DNA of 64,000 bases from Thecamonas trahens ATCC 50062 (lineage: Eukaryota; Protista; Apusomonadida): contig NW_013657656.1 in assembly GCF_000142905.1 (NCBI RefSeq), positions 1-64,000 on the forward strand. Reading direction: 5' to 3'. A model generated the notes under the pieces. It worked only from the letters and a program-made list of their open reading frames with translations, had not been told where the DNA came from and ran no database searches. Shown piece by piece: positions 24,042-34,161 of the stretch. The position numbers and the translations under genes are program-made. Each line of letters opens with the position of its first letter. Positions within the stretch are counted from its first letter, which is position 1.

Positions 24042-27000
24042 ATGGACCTCCCCCTGGCCCACCTTCGGGCCTCGTCATCCTCCTCGACCTCTTCTCCAGA
24101 CCACGTTCCGCTCGTCACTGGCGGCCTGCGGGACGAGTCGCTCACCTCGACCTCGTCCTCGCGGTTTACTGCCTCTCACGCGGCGGCGTCGAGCTGGCTC
24201 GACTCATCCGTCTCTGCTGTAGAGCGGGTCTCGTCGTTCTCGTCGACCTCGTCCGACTCGGTCCTTGCCCTCCCGTCATCGTCGTCATCGTCGTCGCTCC
24301 TCCGTGAGCGCCGTCTGTTGACCGGCAAGTACACCGACGCATACGGTGGCGACGAGAGCGGCGGAAGCGGTGGACGCGGTGGCGGCCAAGGCGACGGGCT
24401 CATCGATGAGAGCCTTGACCTCGGACAGGCCGATACCTCGATTTCGCGCGCGCCCGACGGCTCGCGGAAGGCCGGGAGCAAGGCCAAGGCTTGCCGGAGC
24501 AAGAGCGCCCGGCGGCTGGTCGGCCACGCGCTTTGCTGCTTCTCGCCGACCTCGCGGTTCCGACGCAACGTGGCGGCGGCACTCGACTGGCCGTGGACCG
24601 ACCGCATCATTCTCTTCTGCATTCTCGTCAACACGGTGACGCTCACTCTGACAACGCGAGCCTCGCCGTCGTCGACATCGACGCTCGAAGTAGTGGCGTA
24701 CTACATCGACTTGGCCATCGGGCTGGTCTTCACTATCGAGATGCTGGCACGACTTGTGGTGCTTGGTGGGGTGACGCGGGCACCGCTGCGGCCATGCGGC
24801 CGCAGGACCAGGACCCGGCACGCGGCGGCGTCGCGTGACGGCCTGTTTAGCGTCTCGGCGCCGCGCGCTGTCCACCACAACATGCACATCCGGTCGCTGG
24901 GAACTTCGCTCGAGGACGAGGGCGAACTCATTGCCCGACTCACAGCGCTCAACAACGACGTCAACGCGCGAGTCTCGCACCACGGACGCGACACATCGTA
25001 CTTTCGCGACCCGTGGAACGTGCTCGACGCCTTTGTGGTGGCCACCTTCTGGCTCGCCTTTGCCGACGCATCGTCGGTCAACTTCTCAGCCTTTCGCGCC
25101 TTCCGAGCCTTGCGCCCGATGCGTGCGCTCAAGTTCTTTGCTGGCATCCGGACGATTCTCGACTCGCTCCGCAAGTCGTGGACGCTCCTCCTCAATGTGG
25201 TTCTCTTTCTCGGCTTCTTCTTCTCGGTCTACGGCATTGTGGGCATCTCGATGTTTGGCGGCTCGCTCTCGCGCCGATGCCTCCCGCCGGGTGCGTCGCT
25301 GGACACGCTGCCGCCAGACATTCCGCCGCTTTTTTGCTCGTTCAGCACATCCAAGGGCACAACGTGCCCAGAGCCGCTGGTGTGCACGCGGGTAGAGAAC
25401 CCATCGTACGGCTTTGTCTCGTTTGACAACATCTGGCTCGCCACCCTCACCATGTTCATTGTCATGACCCTCGAGGGCTGGTCCTCGATCATGTACTCGA
25501 TCATGCAGTCCGAGTACGCCATCTCTGCGCTCTACTTTATCTCGCTCATCATCTTCCTCTCGTTCCTTGTTGTCAACTTGTTTGTAGCAGTCATTGTCGA
25601 GAAGTTTGGCCAAGTGCGGCGGGAGGAGAACCGGTCTGCGTTTTCGGGCGGCTCGCGGCTTGGTTCGGGCGCCGCGGGTCTTCCCTTTGCCCGCTTCTTC
25701 CTCACCAACTCGGACGACGGCTCCATCCAGCTCTTTTATGCTCAGTCTGCGTTTGACACGTCAACGTGCTGGGGCGCGCTCGGCGCGCGAGCGTACGCCG
25801 TCATTGCGTCAAAGTCGTTTGAGGCGCTCATTTTCGGCTGCATTCTGGCCAACTTGGTGCTGATGGCGTCGGCGCACGACGGCATGCCGGAGGGCTACGC
25901 CACCACGCTCTACGTTTGCGAGTTTGTCTTTACCATCGTCTTTGCCGTTGAGATGGTGCTCAAGATCATCGGCCGGCGCGGTATCCGCAACTACTGCCGC
26001 GACCCGATGAACGTTTTTGACGGGCTCATTGTCGTGGCGACGACGCTCTCGCTCCTCCGGATCACCCGCAACCTCTCTTTCCTGCGCGTCTTTCGGGTCC
26101 TACGCATCACGCGGCTCTTGGTCAATCTTCCCTCGTTGGTCTCGCTCCTCAAGAGCGTACTCGGCTCGCTCCGCGGCATCGCCAACCTCATGGCCTTTAT
26201 GGCGTTCTCGCTAGTCACGGTCGGCATTCTTGGCATGCAGCTGTACGCGCACACCTTTGACTCGCCGGCGGACCGGGCCAACTTTGACAACTTTCCGCGG
26301 GCGCTACTCTCCATGTTCATGATTCTTGCCGGCGACGCTTGGCCGTACTTTCTCTTCAACGGCCTCCTCTCGCCTGCCGGCTGGTTTGCGCCGCTCTTCT
26401 TCATCGGCTTTTACATTTTCGGCGTCTACGTCCTCCTCAACCTCTTTGTGGCCGTCATTCTGGAAAACTTTGAGATGGCCGAGCTAGGCAAGAAGCGGGC
26501 GCAGCTCGAGCTGTACTTTGCCGACTTGCAGCCCAAGCCGACGCCGCTGGCGTCGCGGCGGAACGTGTACCGGCTGCTCCCGCCGAACCCGCGCATGCTT
26601 CGGGTCCCGCATCTGCCCGAAACCATGACACCGGCCTTCCGCGCCGCGCCGATCGACGACTTTCTGCACCCTGCGCCGCTGCCCAAGCCGCGGCCGCACG
26701 CCGACGTCGACGCACATGTGCGGTCGATTGCGGCACGGGCGCCGACAAGCAGTGAAGCGGCGACGCCACGGTCCGCCGCAGCACGCCCGCGCACATGGCT
26801 CGGCCGACTGGCAGCGTGGCTGGCGGCGCCGGTCTCCCGTGACCCGTCGTCGTCGCGGGCCGCCGTCGGCTCGGTACTTGCAGCGTCGGCCTCGGTCCCG
26901 CTGACCAACACGCACGCGTCGGCGCGGCAGCGGCTGGCCGAGGAGCAGTTCTTTGAGGACCACCCGCGGTACAACGTCTCGCTCGGCTGCCTCGGCCCGT

Positions 27001-29971
27001 CGTCCAAGGTCCGAGCGGCGCTGGGGCGGCTGCTGGCCTCGCGCGGGTTCTGGCTCTGCGAAGTAGGCCTCATTCTGGCGTCGTCGCTCGCGCTCTCGCT
27101 CGAGAACGTGCGCAACCGGTCCGAGGACGGCCCGGCCTTTGCCTTTTACATTGCTGACGTCGTCTTTTTTACCCTCTTTGCGCTCCAGGCCTCTGCTGCC
27201 GTCACGGTCCACGGCCTGTTCTTTACCCCGCACGCGTACCTGGCGTCGGGCTATAACCGGCTCGATCTCGTGCTGCTCATTGCGGGCGGGGTGCACCTTG
27301 CGACAGCGCGGTTTGCGTACGTACGGCTGGTGCGGTACTTTCGGGCGCTGCGGCCGCTACGGATTGTGTCACGGTCTGCGGGCATGCGGCGGATCCTGCG
27401 GTCGCTCTTCCAGTCGCGGTGGGACATTCTCAACGTGTGCCTGCTCATGTTTGGCTTTTTGTCGTCTTTGGCGTCCTCGGCATCGACCTGTTTGCCGGCA
27501 AATTTGCGTCGTGCAACGACACGAGCGTGGCCGTATCAGGCGCATGCGTCGGGAGCTTTGTCTCGCCCGACGATGGCGTGCTCCGGCCACGGGCGTGGCG
27601 GGTGGCGCGGCTCAACTTTGACCACATCGGTGCTGCCTTTGTCACCCTCTTTTCCGTGGCCTCGCTCGAGGGCTGGTGGGACGTCATGTACGACGGCATG
27701 GACGTGACGGCCAAGGGCGTCCAGCCTGCCACCAACGCGTCGGCGGCAAACGCGCTCTACTTTGTGGCCTTTGTCTTTCTTGGCTCGTTCTTCATGCTCA
27801 ACTTGTTTGTCTCGGTCATCATCAACAACTTCAGCAAGTACAACGGCCGCGCGCTGCTGACCGACCGGCAGCGGTCGTGGCTCGATGCGCAAACGGCCAT
27901 CCGCCTGCTGCGGCCGTCCACGGTCCCGCCTGCGCCGCACCGGCCGGTGTGGCGGTCGCGGCTGTACGAGGCCGTGACCTCGCGGGCGTTTGAGCATGTG
28001 GTTGCCTCGGCCATTGTGGTGAACATGACGTTTATGATGTCTGAGCAGCACAACCAAGGCGAGGCGTGGACCTTTGTGCTGTTTGTGGCGAACCTGGTCT
28101 TCACCATCCTGTTTGCGCTCGAGGCGCTCGCCAAGGTGACTGCCTTTGGCCTTCGCGGCTACCTGCGATCGTACTGGAACTGCTTTGACGGCTTTCTTGT
28201 CCTCGGCTCGCTCGTGCTGGTCGCTGCGCCGTCGCGGCTGTTCTTTACGGCCGCCGGGCGGCGATTCTTCCGCATCGCCCGCATCTTCCGGCTGGTGCGG
28301 CACTCGACCTCGCTGCACACGCTGTTCCAGACCGTGGTCACTGCGTTGCCTGCCGTCTTCAACGTGGCCTCGCTCTTCTTTGTCCTCATGTTTGTCTACG
28401 CCACGCTCGGCTCGGAGCTCTTTGGCGCCACCCGGCACGGGGCGTTCCTCAACGCAAACGCAAACTTTGAGTCGTTCGGCTCGGCGCTCCTCCTGCTGTT
28501 CCGGATGGTGACCGGCGAGGACTGGCAGGGCATCATGCTCGACTGCGCCATCCAGCCGCCGCTCTGCACCCGGCTCAAAGTCACATCAGCGCTGTCGGTA
28601 ACCTCGTCGTCGGCCGGCCCGCAGGACGACTGCGGATCGGTCCTTGCATACGCGTACTTTATCTCGTTCTTTGTCGCCGGTGCGTACGTCATGCTCAACA
28701 TGTTCATTGCCGTCATCCTCGAGAACTTCTCGTACTGCTCCTCGACCCACTCCAACTACGTGGTGGCGCCCAAGACCCTAGACCACTACAAACGGATCTG
28801 GGCCTTGTTCGACCGCAAGCAAACCGGCCTGCTCACCCGCCCGCAGCTGCGGCCGTTCCTGTACACACTCGGTCCACCGCTCGGCCTCTCGGCGACCGCG
28901 CGCGCGCACCGCTGGGACTACCGCAAGATCGAGTACCAGGCCCTGCAGCTGCGGCAGCTCTCGTTCTCGGCTCTGCTCAAGCTCCTCATCCTGCGATCAG
29001 TCGATCCTGACTCGCTGCGGTATGAGGAGCGGGCGCAGCGTGAGATGCTGCTCGATGAGGCCGACGCGGCCATTGCCCTCGACACCATGCAGCGCTTCCT
29101 GCTTCGCTACAAGGACGTGTTCCTCGCCAAGACCCACGCGCGACGCATGGCGACCGCCGCCGCCGCGGCAGCAGAAACCGCCGCACGCGCCGCGCGCAAG
29201 ACCTCGCTCAACTTCTCGCACTCGCGCTCTCGCTCCTTTTCACGCACCATTGTGGCCGAGAGCGCGCTGGCCACTCACGACTCGAACCTCTCCAACGTCT
29301 CGGTGTCGTCGCTCTCGTCGACGCAGCAACAACGGTCGCTGACCGCGTCGCGGCGCTCGCGCTCGCGCTCGCCGTCCAAGGGTGGGCGGCGCGGCCACTC
29401 TCGCCGCCGCCTCCTCCGCGACTTGGTCCAGCAGCCGCCGTCGGCGCAGCACGACTCGTCGTCGACCCACGCTGCCGCCGTCGCCGCCGCACGTGGTGAC
29501 GCCAACATCTTTTCGCCGCACAACATGGCCTGCCGCCCGCTCATGCCTGCCGAGGCCCGCGCCGGTCTCCCGCACCTTTCAGACCCGGCGCTCCGCGACG
29601 CCGTCCTCGGCCTCTCGGCTCAAGCCCGCAGGGTGGCGTGCTCCGCACCGGCGTGGGCCCCACCGTCGGTCTTTGACGACTCGCTCGCGTCGTCAGACAC
29701 CGACGATCAAACTGGTACGCCCGACTCGGCCGACGCCGCTTCCCCGGCCTACGCCGAGGTGCACGGTCTCCCACGGACCGCAGACCTCTCCTCGCTCCTC
29801 GACGGCTACTCGGAAGGCTATTCACTCGTCTACGGCCAAGGCATGGCGCTCAACGCCTCGGCTCCCGTCGCTGGCATCGCCCGCGACGACACCACCTCGG
29901 CCGGCACCGCCTGCGAGTATCTCGACTCGGACGATGAGCTCGGGCAGTCGGTCGAGGCTGAAGACGCTTGA
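24042..29971 (+). CDS. Four-domain (24-TM) cation channel, Cch1/NALCN/Cav-like, ~1,976 aa; frameshift at 27456-27460
   Basis: Four S4 segments (FRAFRALRPMR, LRVFRVLRITR, VRYFRALRPLR, RRFFRIARIFR). Pore loops TLEGW, AGDAW, SLEGW, TGEDW. S6 NLFVAVI-type motifs. T5 to T6 joins ORF 24042-27707 to ORF 27419-29971. Confidence 0.92.
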
Positions 29972-31548
29972 GGTTGGCTTTAAACTTGTGCGTCGGCAGC
30001 ATCGCGTTTCAAGCGCGATGTGCCCTGCATCCGGAGGCCGACTGATGGCATGTCGGCCGCTCGAGGGTAGGCCTCGTCGGCCGCTCATTGGCTGGCCGCC
30101 AGGTCGGTGGCTGGCCGCCAGGTCGGGCGCCGGTTGGCACTCGGCAGCTGATGCATGCATCACTGGCCGCATGTGCAACATCATTGTGAGTCACAACCAG
30201 TGCAGAGGATGAGGAAGGTGGGGGAGAGGGTGGGGGGTGGGGGAGAGAGGAAGTGTGGGGTAGCAATCTAAGGACATTGCCATGGTCGGGGCAACATCCT
30301 ACTCTCATTGCATCCCCAGTGAAGGAGGAAAGGGCAGAGTGTCGTCATCGTCCCCCGATCTCCCCCCTCCCCTCCCTCCTCCCCTCTCTCCCGTCCTCAA
30401 AAGAGAGACAGCAACAGAGAGAGACAGAGAGAGAGTGAGAGAAGAAAGTGAGAGACGAATAAAAGGTCGACGCGATGAGGCGCAAACAGAGTCTAGCGCT
30501 GCAGAAAACCCACAGCAAGCGACTCTGTCCACATCCCCACCACTACCGCTATCCTCCATTATTCTACCACACACGTAACACAGATACCAGGTTGTTGGTC
30601 GAGGTCGAGCCTCTCTAGATCCGCTGACATAGGTGTGGCAAGGGGAAGGAGGGGGCTGGGGGGGGGGGGGGAGGGGGGGAGGGGGACGGATTAGCCGGAG
30701 ATGCTGCGGCTGCTCAAGTAGCCGTCAGAGCAGACATACGTACTTGGAGTGGGGGGGAGGGGGGGGGAGGGGGGGGGGGGTTATCCCATGCTGGACGAGT
30801 GGAGTAGAGTGGTGACTTACAAGCAGATGTCGAACTCGTCGGTGGGCTCGCTGTCGTCGTCGTTGCTGTCGTCGTCGTCGTCGTCGTCGGTCGATCGGAT
30901 CGAGTTTGGCTCGAACTCTGTCTGTGCCGATACGGGATGCGCGCCAGATCAAGGTCTGTCACCACCCAAGTCAATCGCCATCCAGCAATGCTTGGACTCA
31001 GCAGCTTGCCTACATGCCCATGGCACCCAACAGTACCTACGTCACCGCTACACCACCAGATCAGCAAACACAGTCCTCATCGCCTTGCTTTTACCAGAAG
31101 ATCGCCTTATGTCAACTATGTCACCGCACTGCAGTTGTGGAAAACGTTGATCAGTGATTCTCGTCGCAGCGCCGTCAAACGTCTCTAAGCCCCGACAGCT
31201 CTTGTCACCGATCCTCTTCCGCCCCCCCCCCCCTTTCCCCCCGCTCTACCTCACAACCACCATTCCTTGCCTTTGTGATCGTTCACCACAGCTTTCTGCG
31301 CCCCGATCGTGAGCGGTAGGCGAAGCTGTCAAGATCGTGCGGGGCCACGGGTCCGGTTGTTCCCATCACCATGGCCATGAACTGTGCAATGTCACTGTGG
31401 CGCCTCGCTGCATCATGATGTTGAGCCATTGCTGGCGGAGCGGATGTGTGGATAGCCGATGATTGCCGCTGCGGGCTCGTCATGCGCTCCGCCCAAACAG
31501 GCGCTGGCACGACGCGATGCACGACTTGACGCGAGGTGGTGTATGGGC

Positions 31549-32208
31549 ATGGCGGAGAGCAAGGTCAACAAGACGCCGCAAGTTCGAATCATGGCCTTTG
31601 GCGACTCGCTGACGGCCGGGTATCGCACGACGTTCCAAGAGTACACGCCGTATGCGGCGACGGTGGAGGCCGAAGCGGCAGCTGCCGGGCTCGATGGCGT
31701 CAAGGTTGAGGAGTGGGGCCTGCCGGGCGAGATCACCGAGGCCATGACCCACCGTATCGACGAGGCTCTGGAGATGGCCGGGCTTCCGGTCTACGACATC
31801 GCCATCATCCTGGGAGGAACCAACGATCTCGCTCGCCGCATTCCGCCGGCTGATGTTAACGCCAACCTCGCACAGATCCACGCCAAGTGCCACGCCGCAG
31901 GCATCCTCACCACGGTCGCACTCGGCATTCCCGAGCACTATCAGATGCACAAGTTTGGTGGGACGTTTGCAACGGCGCGAGCCGAGGTCAATCACTTTCT
32001 GGAAAGCGAGCTGGCCGCCTCGACCGACGGCAACGTCATTTACCTCTCGCTCGACGACGCCGTCACCTACTTTGATGCTGACGGACTCAAGCGCCACGAT
32101 GCCGAGCTCTTCTGGGCAGGCATCCACTTTACAGCCGCCGGATACGAGCGGATCGGCAAGTTTGTCTTTGACGCTCTCCTGCAGCGTGGCCTGCTCTCGC
32201 AGCCGTGA
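31549..32208 (+). CDS. SGNH/GDSL hydrolase
   Basis: Block I FGDSLTAG, block III GGTNDL, block V AGIHFTAAGY. Confidence 0.88.
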   Translation: MAESKVNKTPQVRIMAFGDSLTAGYRTTFQEYTPYAATVEAEAAAAGLDGVKVEEWGLPGEITEAMTHRIDEALEMAGLPVYDIAIILGGTNDLARRIPPADVNANLAQIHAKCHAAGILTTVALGIPEHYQMHKFGGTFATARAEVNHFLESELAASTDGNVIYLSLDDAVTYFDADGLKRHDAELFWAGIHFTAAGYERIGKFVFDALLQRGLLSQP

Positions 32209-32210
32209 GC

Positions 32211-33269
32211 TCAGCGCGGCGCCACAGCCTCACCAAACAGCCGTACCGCGTTTGCGGTCGACGCCGCCACAAGCTCCTCGGCGGTCACGCCCATGCACTC
32301 GGCGACGGCGACAGCGACATACGGGAGGTACGCGGGCTCGTTGCGGCCGCGGCTTGGGATGGCCGCCACGCCGCGCGGCTTGAGAAACGGCGCGTCGGTC
32401 TCGATGAGGATGCGGTCGAGCGGAATCGAGGCCACCAGGTCGCGGAGCGGCCCACCACGACGCTCGTCGCACACCCATCCGGTGATGCCGATGTACGCCC
32501 CGAGCTCAAGGTACGCCGCAAGAGCCTCAGGCGGCGAGGTGAAGCAGTGAACCACGCCGCCGGCTGGGAGCGACGGCCAGTACTCGGCGAGGATTTCCAC
32601 AAACGGCTCCCATGCGTCGCGCTCGTGGAGAAAGAGCGGCTTGGCGACCCGCGCCGCAATCTCGAGCTGTGCGCGGAACGCCGTAACCTGCTCGTCCTTG
32701 GTCGAGAACATCCGGTTGTAGTCGAGCCCACACTCACCGACCGCTACCACGTGGTCGTCCGCGAGCAGAGCCTCGATTCTCGCTGCCGTCGCCGCGTCCC
32801 ACCGCTTTGCATCGTGCGGATGAACACCAGCAGTGCTCACCAGCGCCACGCCTGCCTCTCTTCCCTCCGCTTCGACCGCCATCGCCGCCGCCGTCTCTGA
32901 GTCCTTCACGGACGTGCCGGTGATGATGATGGCGCCAACGCCGTTGCTCCCGCTCCGCGCCACAAACTCCTCCACTCGCCCACGCATGCTCTTGTGCGCC
33001 AGGTTCGCTCCAATGTCCACCATCCCCACGCAGCTCTCCCACGCGACCCCATCCGGCAGCGGTCCCAGCTCTGGCAGTCCACCGTCTCCGCCTCCAGATC
33101 GTCCGCCGCCGCCCTGACCCTGGCCTCGACCCCGGCGTCGACCCCGGCCCCGGCCCCGGTTGCGACCTCGGTTCCGACCTCGGCCCCGGCCTCTACGCCC
33201 ATCTCCAGCATCCTCTCCGTGACTAGCTGCTCCTGTGCGTCGGCTGCGAGGCTTTCTCAAGGCAGACAT
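32211..33269 (-). CDS. tatD: TatD-family nuclease with an RG-rich N-terminal extension
   Basis: VDIGANL, TAGVHPH, VGECGLDY, LFLHERDA, VVHCFT, GITGWVCDERRG, ETDAPFL, RNEP. Confidence 0.92.
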   Translation of the reverse strand: MSALRKPRSRRTGAASHGEDAGDGRRGRGRGRNRGRNRGRGRGRRRGRGQGQGGGGRSGGGDGGLPELGPLPDGVAWESCVGMVDIGANLAHKSMRGRVEEFVARSGSNGVGAIIITGTSVKDSETAAAMAVEAEGREAGVALVSTAGVHPHDAKRWDAATAARIEALLADDHVVAVGECGLDYNRMFSTKDEQVTAFRAQLEIAARVAKPLFLHERDAWEPFVEILAEYWPSLPAGGVVHCFTSPPEALAAYLELGAYIGITGWVCDERRGGPLRDLVASIPLDRILIETDAPFLKPRGVAAIPSRGRNEPAYLPYVAVAVAECMGVTAEELVAASTANAVRLFGEAVAPR

Positions 33270-34161
33270 GCTTCTAAATCTGTGTGATTCTGTCGATGGA
33301 AGCGATTTCTTCTCCAATGACGCTGGAATCAAGTGTTCGGCCAGCAGCTTGATTCCGTCTCATCTTGATTGCTCCGTGATTGGTCAAACCGCAACCCCGG
33401 AATGTCACCACCTCCCTCCTCTTCTTCCGCCGAACTCACCTTGCGACCTCTTACGGCTACTTTGAGCTCCCCTCTCACGAGATCAATATAACCTGCATCA
33501 ACACTATCCATCGGCTGGCTCTGCTCTGCTTGCCCGACGCCGATGGAGCCGGAGAGAGATGGACATGCATGGGGGCGTTTTGGTAAAAATTGATACAAAA
33601 AACCATCACCAGCCGGATTTTGTTCTGTCACACCCAATTTCTCACTTTAGCGGCTCTCTCTCGGCAGCAGGGACGAGCTCTGCACACTCGGCTCGGACCG
33701 GCAAGGTACAACCTTGAGACGGAACTTCTTGTTGGCCAACGTCGACCTCCTTTACAAGACACGTGTTGTGGCCTTGCAAGGGACGCTGGGACCGCTATCT
33801 GTCTCAGTCGCCAGCCTTCTCCTCGCTGCCTTCCGCACCGTCGTTGTTTCCTTCCTCCCGACCGTTCGCCCGCCGACGGCGACACCATCGCCTGTGACCG
33901 ACCCAGTGCAGCTATTCCAAGTGCGGCGCAAAGCAAGGCAGGTCTATCTTCTTTGCTCTCTCACCACACAAGCAACTGCCTTCTCCTCACCCGCTCGCTC
34001 GTCACCGCCCGCTTGCTACAAGGGGACTTGCGGCTGCTGCGAACAACTGGGCCGAGCAACAGCACCCGCACTCTGCTCACACGCACACCCGCACGCCCGC
34101 ACACCCGCGAGGAACGCACAGCTGGTCAACTAGGTAATCTCCTGACAGTGCTTGCGCAGCC

